From Toensbergia leucococca (Eukaryota), in assembly GCA_022813965.1 (NCBI GenBank), contig JALDZS010000070.1:1-64000 (forward strand): a DNA stretch of 64,000 nt, read 5' to 3'. Of the stretch, positions 25,917 through 36,160 are shown one piece after another (the stretch's first letter is position 1; each line of letters opens with the position of its first letter). The notes under the pieces are model-generated. The model did no database searches, was not told the DNA's origin, and saw only the letters and a program-made list of their open reading frames with translations. The position numbers and the translations under genes are program-made.

Positions 25917-27669
25917 ATGTTCCTCTCTTTTCTCCTCAGCCCTTACACGCTCCTCCTTCTACCGCTAGTATACTACCTCCTCCTCTACATTCGCAATCAC
26001 TCACTCCGTGGCATACCTGGGCCTCCTCTCGCTGCCTTTTCAAATCTCTGGCTCCTCTACCAATGTCGACGAGGTCGCCGATACCTAGCTGTTGACGAAT
26101 GTCATAAGAAGTATGGTCCTCTCGTGCGAATACAACCCGATCACGTCTCCGTTGTAGACGCAGACGCCATCAAAACCATTTACGGCCCAGGCGGGGGCTT
26201 CCTAAAAAGGTGATAATCCACCACCATTCCTCTTCATTCTCCCACCTCGGCCATCTTTGGCTGATCAAAGCAGCAACTACTATGATGCTTTTGTCTCCAT
26301 TCAACACGGTCTCTTTAATACCCGCGATCGGGCCCAACACTCCCGCAAACGCAAAACCGTCTCCCATACTTTTTCTGCAAAATCAGTCGGTCAATTTGAA
26401 CAATACATGCACCACAATCTTTCTGAATTAGTCAAGCAATGGGATCGCCTTTCCCAAACTGCCAAATCGTCCGGGCAAGAATATGCCGAGATTGACGCTT
26501 TGAGTTGGTTCAACTACCTTGCCTTTGATATAATCGGTGATCTTGTAAGCTGATAGCCTGTGACGAACCTTGTGAAACCCAACATCAAAATCATAATAAC
26601 CATCTTTTGATTCTCCTAGGCTTTTGGTGCCCCCTTCTCCATGCTCGCCGAAGCTCGTGACGTTGCCCAGGTCCGTCTAACGCCAACTAGCCCTCCTACC
26701 TACGCACCGGCAATCCAAGTCCTCAATCGGCGTGGTGAAGTCTCCGCCACACTGGGCTGCCTCCCTGCCCTAAAACCTTACGCTCGCTATCTCCCTGACC
26801 GCTTCTTCCGTGACGGCGTCCAAGCCGTTGAGAATCTCGCTGGCATCGCCGTCGCTAGAGTCAATGAGCGGCTTACTGCTACAGGCTGGAATGAGAAAAC
26901 GGGAGAGAGCGATGGGAGCCGTGGGGAAAGGGTTGACCTGTTGGCCAGGCTAATGGAGGGTAGAGATGAGAATGGCGAGAAGCTAGGAAGGGGCGAACTG
27001 ACAGCCGAGGCCTTGACAATGCTCATTGCCGGCAGCGATACCACGAGTAACACTTCCTGCGCGTTGCTTTTTTGGTGTCTCAAAACCGAAGGAGTCCTGG
27101 CACGCCTGCAAGCGGAGCTGGACACAGCCATTCCTGAAGGCGCAATCCCACAATACGAAATGGTCAAAGATCTACCCTAGTACGCTTTTCAGCCACCACT
27201 TCTTCTGTCCATATCACTGACTCACCAAATTACCAGCCTACACGCAGTAATCAACGAAACCCTCCGCATCCACAGCACCTCTTCCCTCGGCCTGCCCCGC
27301 CTCGTACCCCCAGGACCCGGCACCACAATCCTCCAAACCCACTTCCCACCGCACACCGTCCTCTCCGTCCCCGCCTACACTCTACACCGCTCCCCGCTCA
27401 TCTGGGGCGCCGACGCCGCCGAGTTCCGCCCCGAGCGCTGGGAAGAGGGCCGGTTGACGGAGAAGCAAAAGCAGGCCTTTATCCCATTTAGTTATGGGCC
27501 GAGGAGCTGCGTGGGGCGGAATGTGGCGGAGATGGAGTTGGCGCTTATTGTCGGGTTGGTGGTTGGGCGGTATGAGTTTTTGTTGGGGCAGGGGGGCATG
27601 GAGACTAGGGAGGGGTTTTTGAGGAAGCCGCTTGGGTTGAGGGTGGGGATGAGGAGGAGGAGGGGGTGA
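25917..27669 (+). CDS. bphA: Cytochrome P450 CYP53 (benzoate 4-monooxygenase), 4 exons
   Basis: Motifs VRIQPDHVS, GLFNTRDRAQHSRKRK, LNRRGEVSATLG (CYP53-typical), AGSDTT, ETLR, PERW and heme motif FSYGPRSCVG. Introns at about 26210-26271, 26545-26619 and 27180-27236. Confidence 0.92.
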
Positions 27670-27899
27670 GTTGTTGTTTTGGGATTTTGTTGGGATTGCT
27701 TGGGTGGATGTTTTGTCGTTTCTGTATGCTGCCTATCGGGCTACGGCTGGTGAAAGACATGCGATTCTATATGGGGGGGTGTAATATAAAGAGTCTGTTC
27801 ATGTCTTCTTCACACACTCGGGTGATTTGAGCATGGAGGTAATGGAATCTCTGCATCCATTGCTGGCTGGCTGATGAGATCAAAATCCTTTGCATAGGT

Positions 27900-28760
27900 G
27901 TGATGGTTCATCACAGTATCATAAATTAAATATAGATAGATAGGTATAGATAGTTGCAGATAGGGGGTAATCCATACTAAAGATGTAGAAAAAGCACCAG
28001 CACCCTTTCCTTTATGAACCCTTTTTGCTTTCTCATCTGCTACATCAATGTATCTATGTAAGAGCTTTTTGACACAGCATTGACAACATCATTTTTTGAA
28101 AAGCTGAGAGGGTGCGTGCATTTGTGCGCTGTGAGTTTCATGTTTGAGAGTTGAATTTGTGCTTTTGAGGTTTTGTTTTATGTGTGTGTAAATAGCTTTA
28201 TAATCTTTGAGAGTCTGAAGGTCAATGAAGGCTTCTATATACTGTGCAATTACCTTTTGATTTCAAAGATAAGCTATAAACTTATCTCCCCCTTCTCTCT
28301 CTCTCACACACACACACACAAATCACCTACTAATCTAATCTAACATAACATACTCTCTGTGTCAAATGCTTTAGACTTTTCTTTTTCATCATCAACTATC
28401 ACAATGAAAGCAGGTGATAAAAACAAAAACATAAACAGCAGCTTCATAGATAAGTAGTCATCAGCAGTATAGACAGCATCTGAATCTCAGCACTCATCAC
28501 TGACTGTATATAAGATGCATGATTGTAAGTCATAAGTTGTAAGACACATGTTAAAGCTTTTTTTTTCATTTAGAAATTTCTTTGATCTGATCTGATCTGA
28601 CCTGAGTGACTTTGATTGTGAGGTTAGCTGTAAAGAAAAGCTGTTTGCATTTCTCCCTAAATCCAACATTTTTCCCTAGAGAAGAAAAAGAATATGTGTG
28701 AATGAGGATTTAACTTTAGGGGCACATAGTTGAGAGGGGGTGAGGGGTGGGTTGAAACTC
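27900..28760. repeat. AT-rich, CpG-depleted tract with microsatellites; possibly a decayed repeat or transposon relic
   Basis: Almost no CG and many TG/CA dinucleotides. (CT)n(CA)n at about 28294-28320 and (GATCT)3 near 28584. No credible ORF. Confidence 0.4.
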
Positions 28761-29149
28761 TTGGATTGAATAGTCTAGGTACAAACACGAGCTTTCAACC
28801 AACAATGAAAATATCCAAACAAAATGGTGCCCAACAGCAAGTTGTGCACTTCCTTCCTCTTTGAAGAACTACTAAAGATTAACCGGTCTCTCACATTCCA
28901 CAAAGACAGTGCACAAAAACCCCCGGTCAGTCTTACAACCCACACTCAACCTTGCCTCCCTCAACCTCCCCCGAAAAAAACAAGCCCCAGACACAAAACC
29001 CCCCCCGCCCCCCCCCCGACTTCTTCAACGTCTCCAGAGGAAAAGATGGGTAGGTACTTACATGAGTAGATGCGTTCCATTGTAGACATGCTCAGAAAGC
29101 GCCCGGCTAGTCTTCGTATCAATAGAGTAGCTTGTCGTATCGTAATATA

Positions 29150-31290
29150 TCATCGTCGCCAGGAGTCAGGCACGACGACTATGATCCATCCATCTATCCA
29201 TCCATGCGTGTCTCACCGACCATTCATGTCTCGCCCCCGTTAACACTTCATCTAACTCTCATACCCAAAATTGCATACCCAAGAAAAACCACCCACACGT
29301 CCAATCCTCCGATGGCATGGAATGACCCTACACGAAACTCTAGACGCACAGCATCGTTGAGACAGTGATAGTGTAACGAATACTTAAACGCCAAGGAGCC
29401 AGAATCCTATTCTCCGAGACAAGGTGGAGACCTGGATGGGTGGAGGCTGGAGTGCTTGGACGAATAGGGCGTGGTGGTCGAGTTTGTCGCTATTGAAGCA
29501 ACAACAGCATTGCGGACGATCTTTGATTGCTCTGTCAAGATGAGAGAAGATAGACGGCTCGGCTGTCATTAATTGGATTGTAATGGCGGGTGGGAAGGCG
29601 GTCGAAATGCTAGTACTGATGTTGAGGCAGGAGAATGTTGTTGAGCCCTCCTTCGCAGGTGTGAGTCAAGAGGAGAAGGAGAAAGAGAAGAAGGAGGAGG
29701 AGTAGAGCTTGATGTCAAGGACTCCTTCGTTGGGATACGCCTGTAAAAAAGAAGATGAAGAAATAGAAGGAGCAGGACCTAATGTGAAGCCCTAAGAGTG
29801 AGCTCGCGAGAAGAGGCGGCGATATTTGGCATTTGCGAAGAAGGAGAAGGAGAAGGACTTGATGTCAAGCCCCACTTTGGAGGAGTGAGCCAGAAAAGTG
29901 TGGTGTGGTCTATGATAGGTGAGGAAAAGAGTAGGACTCGTCGTCAACCACTCCTTCGCAGTTATGAGTCCGCGAAGAAAAAAGAAGGAAAGGTAGAAGA
30001 AGTAAGCAAAGGAGCAAGACCTGATGTCAAGCCCTCCTTCTAGTGACCAGGACCCAGAAAAAGGCGTCCTAAATATGCCAGCGCACAAGTACGAGATAGG
30101 CTTGTGCCTCAAGTCATCGTCTCCGTTTGGCCAGGGAGAATGAAGGACATTGATGTCAAGTCCTCCTTCCTCCGGATGTGTTGGAGAAATAAGAGAAAAG
30201 AATGTTGATGCCAAGCTCTCCTTTCGCCGTCGTGGATTTCCAGCTCCAGGACCGGAGAGCAGTTGATGTCAAGCCCTCCTTCTGGCGAATAAGTATAAAG
30301 GAAAGACGTTCTGACCAAATCAGTCACGAATCGTTGGATGAGAATTTTGGTTCGTATTCTCACCTGCGCTGAGATAAGAGAAAGCAGAACAATGATGTCA
30401 AGCCCTCCTTCCGAGACACAAGAGAGAGTAAGAAGATGATGTCAAGCCCTCCTTCGCATGCCTCTGCCTGTGATACAGTGAACTTTAAGCTGGCAAGTGG
30501 CAAAGCCAGTGGATGGATTGTGTGCTTACCATTCTTCGTGAATTCGAGAGAGGAGGCTCTCACTGTGGAGCCCGAGTGGTCTATGGGATCTTGATGTCAA
30601 GCCCTCCTTCCGAGACACGAGAGCGACCAGGACGATGATGTCAAGCCCTCCTTCCGAGGCCTCCGCCTATAAGATAAGTTAGCTACAGACTTGGAGGCGG
30701 CAAAGTTAAAGTGAGTTTCTTATCCTTACCCCTCTATTTGAACCCAAGGGTCCTGGTATGGGACCGAAGTGGTGAATGGGACAGTGATGTCAAGCCCTCC
30801 TTCGCGGCCAGGAAGGCCACGAGAACTTGATGTCAAGCCCTCCTTCCGGGGGGAGAGGTCGGGGCAAGGAACAGAAGGAGAGCTTGATGTCAAGCCCTCC
30901 TTCCTTCCGGAGAGATCGAGGCAAGGAAAAGTTCCTCCCGATCTCTCCGGCCCAGGGAAGGAAGGAGGACTTGATGTCAAACCCTCCTTCAGGCGGATCT
31001 CCCCCGCCCAGGAAGGGCAGGAGGAGTTGACCTCGAGCCCTCCTTCAGGGGGGAGAGATCCGCCACAAGGAAGGAGGGCTTGGGGTGACCACAAGCCCCC
31101 CTTCCATGGTGGTACGGCCGGAGCCGTCTCTGTGAAAGGAGTGAGCGACGGAAAGGTGAATACCTACATCCCCTTCACGAATACATGAAGGAGCATCAGA
31201 CCACTTACCACCATCTTCTTCCGTGAGGAAGCTGGGAGGAGGAAGACTTAGTCTTGATATGATTTTGGGTTGTTGTGTGAAACAGTGAGT
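29150..31290 (-). ncRNA. Putative spliced long non-coding RNA carrying the hairpin array (ends approximate)
   Basis: Minus strand shows TATTTAAA, then a CA-rich leader, then canonical-looking introns at 31130-31208, 30667-30729, 30468-30529 and one starting at 30363. No consistent long ORF. G/T-rich 3'-like tail at about 29200-29330. Confidence 0.55.
29636..31104 (-). repeat. Interspaced array of about 19 copies of the 19-nt motif TGATGTCAAGCCCTCCTTC (minus strand GAAGGAGGGCTTGACATCA)
   Basis: Perfect copies start at 30022, 30264, 30393, 30437, 30592, 30636, 30785, 30828 and 30885. One-mismatch copies at 30151 and 30972. Degenerate copies at 29636, 29710, 29780, 29860, 29939, 30206, 31028 and 31086. 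Confidence 0.95.
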
Positions 31291-31307
31291 GGTGGAAACT
31301 ACGGACG

Positions 31308-31316
31308 TTTTAAATA
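31308..31316 (-). promoter_or_regulatory. TATA-like box (TATTTAAAA) upstream of the repeat-array transcript
   Basis: Followed about 30-60 nt downstream on the minus strand by CACACAACAACCCAAAATCATATCAAG, a leader typical of strongly expressed fungal genes. Confidence 0.45.
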
Positions 31317-32995
31317 AGACTCGGCTGTTTTGTGGGTGCGCGAAAAACTGATCCAGCGCCGCTTTTGGGCTTGGGTGATCGAACAGGCGAGTCTCTCAGC
31401 GGTTTAAGTCCTCCAGACCAAGAGCTTGGAGGGAGAAGGGTTTGGCTACACACACGGGCAATCTGTTCTGCGATGGCTTGGATTCGTCAAGCTGCCTACT
31501 GCCTACAAAGAGACTACCTCCTAGAAAAGGGAGCTCCCCATTACCATCAGCTTCTCTCAGGCTGAGACACAGCAGTCAACAATCGTGCACTTATACATTT
31601 GCGGAAATTGAACATCCGTTTCCAACACATGCAAGCCCTGAAAATTGCAAGGCAACGGCAATTCAATGAAGAGCAGTGATCACATAGCACAGTTGTTCAA
31701 CTACTCTGATTCACCAGCTCCCTCCACACGTCATTGCCTCAACCACCCTCCACAAATCCTACCTACCATACTAACACCATTCATCCTCCCTCCTCCAGCC
31801 TCCGGCCCTTCACATCTCACTCCACCCCCTGAACACACCCCTCCCTTTCCCCCCTCCCCTAAAGAACCCCATCTCACTCCTTCAATTCCTAAATCCCAGA
31901 ACAACTCTCCTCAGCAGCCATCACCGGCGTTCAAAAAGCTTAAAATCAGCATCTCAGAGTGAACAAGCACTTGAAAATGAACAAAAAACTCCAGACTGAC
32001 TGTCTCCCTCCTCAAAACCCTCAACTTAGGTTCTCCAAAAAAAAAACAAATCTCAAGAAAAACAAGAACAAAAGGTTCAAAAGGTCAAGTAAAGACTCAT
32101 GCGGGGCAGGGGAGAACGAGTATACACCGGTCGCCACAGACCCCCACACACCACCCCCACCCCCGGCAACCCCAAACTATCGCCTCCAAGACCCACAAAA
32201 GAATTAGAAAATCCAGCCAACACCCATTCACTCCCTCTCCCATTCCCCTCCACAATCCCCCCTTCTTCCTCCTCCACTCCGCACTACCACACTCCCTCCC
32301 CCCCTCCCCCCAGCAAACCGCCCACCTAACCCCACCCCATCCCATCTCCCCAACTCCCACACAAAAAAAACCCCAAAACACTCACAACCAGAAGAGCTTA
32401 GAAACCCTAGGAGAAAAATCTAGGCAAGTGTTCCTCAGATACGGGGAACCAGGAGGTTTTATATATATATATATTTTGGTCTTGGTAGATGTGGGCCTTG
32501 TTGGGGAGAAAGGGGCGGAAGAATGGGCGGGAGATGAGGTGGGAGATGGGGTGGTATAAGGGTTGGGGGCTTAGAGGGTTGGAGGTGTATTGAAGGTGGA
32601 GCGGGGTTTTTGGCGATGGGATGGATGCTGTTATGAGGGCAGGAGGGGGCTGTTTTTCAGGGGTTTGAGACAATGAGTTGGGGTTGAGCGGGATGAGGGA
32701 TGGGGGATAAGGGGCGCGTGTGTATTTACACCAACTCGCAAATCAAAACAAAAATAGTTGCAAAGACAAGTTATACAAATCTTTCCTCTTACTTTTAGTA
32801 TCAAGACCGGGTGGATTGAGCGAGCTAAGCCCTGCTGGAGAAAGGAAATACAAATAACATAATCTACACCAAAAAAAGGTCAAAAGAAAAAACCCAGGGA
32901 TATTCGCCCTCAAAGAAAAAGCCAGGATATATCCAACCCCAAGAAACCCAAAATCTCTAGTCCACAAATCCACCCACACGAAAGAAACATCCCCA

Positions 32996-35102
32996 TCACG
33001 CCAACCCATCCACCCTTTTCTGCCCCTCCTCCTCCGCTTCCTTGCTAAAACTATTCGAACTCGACCCCCCACTCTCCTCCCCATGCTCTTTTCCATCAAT
33101 CACGTTTCCCTCGCGCCCAATCATTTGATGCTCGATGTTGACCTTCGGGCCCTTGAACCAGTGCCGGGCTGACACGGCGTACCAGATCAGGATGGCGGCC
33201 ATGGGACCGCCGTAGACGAGGCAGGTCCAGTTCATTAACTGCGCGCTGGAAGAGGGAGGGGGGGTTAGTTAATTGGTATGAGGATTGGGGTGGTTTTGTG
33301 GGGGGTTTGTTTGGGGGAATGGGTCACTTACGTGAGATTGTTGCCTGTTACGCTTGGGAGGCAGAGGATTGGGACCATGAGGAACTGCGAAGGATTTTTA
33401 GTTGGTTTGATGGGTGAGTGTTTTCACCGGGAAAGACCTACCACAAAACCGCAAGCGACACAGCCGATTGGCATGCTGAATCTCCCTAGGTTCCAAGGTC
33501 CGGGACGGAATCGATCGCCGACGAGGAACACTCTGATGAAAATAGGGGTTGTAAAAGCCACAAAGGCGGCGACTGAGGGAAAATAAATTAGTAACGTGCA
33601 CTTTGATATTTTCAGAGATGTGATCCGTACCTGCTGCAATGGAGAAGATGGCACCTATAGCCACGGGCCCACCGAAGATGAGCAGAGTCAGTATTATGCC
33701 GATGCATGTATTGAACCAAACCGCGTTGACTGGAGTTTGAGTATGCTTGTTGACGCGCTTGATGATATATGAGAACGGGAAACAGTCGTCACGGGCGTAG
33801 GCGTAGGTGACTCGAGACGCGGCAACCATACATCCCTGGCCCATGGAGAAGGCACACATGATCGTCAGGGCTAGAATTGCAAGAGCAGTCTTCTGAGGCA
33901 TCACTTGGATCAGGTACGATGCCCATGGCTGGCCAAGATCCGAATCAATAACAGACGGGATATCAATGACGGTGTAGGCAACGACCAATTGCAAAAACCA
34001 ACCAAAAAGTCCTCCGACGCCAGACGTGAGGACGATGGCGCGAGGGGAAGCAATATTGGCGTTACTGCACTCCTCGGACAGATGAAAGGGTGCGTCGTAG
34101 CCGGACATGGTCCATATCACGGCCACAAAAGTCATCAAGATGGCAACTCCCGGGGGGAAATCGGTGCCATCGTAGATATCACCCCACACCTCTGGAGAAC
34201 TCGTAAATTTGGGTAAACCTTGTTCCACCCGATTTGTGCCTGCGGGAATCATGACAATCACAATGAAGAGGGCAATAATCTGTCAAGCGTGATTAGACTT
34301 TGGCAAGCACGTGCGAAAGTCGAGGGGACCTACGTTGAATGTGGAGCCTACGGAATTGAAATTGGCGATCCACTTGGTCGGCATGCTGCTAATGCAACCG
34401 TGGATCAGCATGATTATTGTCGTAAGCAGGAAGGTCTGATATTCTTGTGGAATATAGGTAGGATCGTTGATAGAAGCAGCAGCCAGAATCATAGCAGAAA
34501 GGGCGTAATCCACCGAGGGAGCACCAGTAACCTGACCGAGCCAATTGGACCAGCCAGTGACCCAAGCAGCCAAGGGGCCCCATCCTGGAGGGGCGAGCAC
34601 AGCGGCAGCATAGTAAAGGCCTCCGCTAGTCGGCATCGACGAACAAAGCTCGGCCATGCTCATGGCAACGCACTGGATACCGACCTAGTTTTATATCAGC
34701 CACGGAGCAGGGTATGTGGGTATAGAATGAATCAACATACCATGGCAATAAGCCATCCCCAGACCATGCCAGGGGTACCAGCATATCCCATGCCCTATAT
34801 ACAATTCAGTCACCTGATCAACGTCACTCTTGTAGATAGGGATAACTGACATAGTACAAGGTACTTGCAAAACTCGGTAGCAAACCCAAGACGGCAAAAC
34901 TGACACAGAAAGTGGTCCACAGACTAAATTCCCTCTTGAACTCGGGCTTGTATCCCAAGGCGGCCAGCGTCTCTTCATCAGCGGTCAATTCTCTGTCATA
35001 TACAGGCACTTGATCTCGTGACAGCACCGAAGTAACGGGTTCGTCGGCTACAGACTTTTTCCGTTGTGATATACTGTACCCTCGTGGTTTCAGGTCTGCC
35101 AT
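32996..35102 (-). CDS. APC-family amino acid/GABA/polyamine permease (UGA4/TPO5-like), multi-exon
   Basis: Motifs LAALGYKPEFKREFSLWTTF, MAELCSSMPTSGGLYY, GYDAPFHLSEE, SRVTYAYARD, TPVNAVW, FRPGPWNLG, MNWT and WFKGP. Confidence 0.9.
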
Positions 35103-36160
35103 GATGGAAGTTAAGGGAAGATGATTCTAGGTTTTGGATGATGAAAGAGAGAAAACAGTGTTGATGGAGGGGCTACATCAAACAAGTAGGAAATAGGTAG
35201 GAAATTGTCCAAGATGGTAAGCTTTGGGCCTACGGTATGATAGCTTCAAACCAAAGGGAAAAGCGACCTAGTCGCAGATAACGACGCATTCGATGGTTTG
35301 CAGTGGTCATCCCGTCCTTCAAAGCCTCCTCGGCCCTACTACCTATCGGCGAATTGCGAAAGCGAGGTTATGGAGGTCAGTGGCGAGCTTATCTTTCTGT
35401 GCTCCACCAAGACCTTCCCCTCACGCCTCACCCATTTTTCCCATTTTTCCCATTGGCCTGGCCGACGTCATACCGCCAAATCCTGCGCTTCTCAGCTTCG
35501 GGTCGAAAAATCGTCGATGAGATAAGAATATCCCACGTGGCAGGGATGTTGCAGTTCGAGGGAAGAGCACCGAGTACTTGATGGTCGCAGCATACCGTTC
35601 ATACATTAATTGCTTGGACGTGCTGAATCTGCTTGCAACTCAACGTCCATCCAGACTTGACGCTTGCTCCCCTGTTCGATCCTTCAGTGCGGGGAGACGG
35701 CATGCCAATCCAGCGGTACCATCACGTTAGAATCCTGGTGCCGAAGACTTCTTCCTTCCATGCCGAACTCGGATAGTCAATCAAAATGTTGATTGCGGCA
35801 TCGCAATCTGTATCGTAATGGCAATTGCTCATGTGATCAGGAACTACTCGCTACTCGTAACTTATTCGAACTTTGCCACTCACGACTGTTACGACTAACT
35901 CCACCAGTGTTGAAAAGACACCTTGGAGTTTGTAAATGTTTGGAGCACGTACTGGTATTTGATAGGAAGCAATTTAATATGTAGTTATTTACGGATAAGT
36001 CGGATAGTAGGTAGAGAATGCTCCAGTGAGTAGTCCCAGAAGTTGACTCCTAACGCCGTCGCTTGAAAGTGTACATATACCGCATCGAACCAAGTCTATT
36101 ACCTGATCTCCATGGTCTTCGTTATTATAGATGAGCCTTTCATTATGCTGTACCACTATA

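Noticed and set aside
29384..29569. 61-aa minus-strand ORF downstream of the array, which would make the array a 5' UTR
   Set aside because: It is short, has no domain, and follows many upstream AUGs and stable hairpins. It cannot be excluded without Ribo-seq.
30022..30990. Motif resembles a Shine-Dalgarno sequence (AAGGAGG), a bacterial 16S segment (GGGCTTGACATC), snoRNA box C (TGATG) or a CRE-like site (TGACATCA)
   Set aside because: The matches are short and probably coincidental. There is no rRNA context and no paired box D. A DNA-binding site alone would not explain 19-nt conservation plus G-U-paired arms, though it is not fully excluded.
29636..31104. True CRISPR array
   Set aside because: The context is eukaryotic with no cas genes. 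The repeat is only 19 nt, and the spacers vary from about 24 to 135 nt, are related to each other, partly complement the repeat and contain introns.
29792..31188. Repetitive peptide precursor (Kex2-processed or dikaritin RiPP) from ORFs with KEGLTS, EGGLDI or DVKPSF repeats
   Set aside because: Repeat spacings are mostly not multiples of 3, even within exons, so frames alternate. There is no signal peptide, no synonymous variation and no nearby DUF3328 gene.
31645..32560. Possible decayed gene between the array promoter and the permease
   Set aside because: Low-complexity C-rich then G-rich sequence with short ORFs in changing frames and no recognisable motif.
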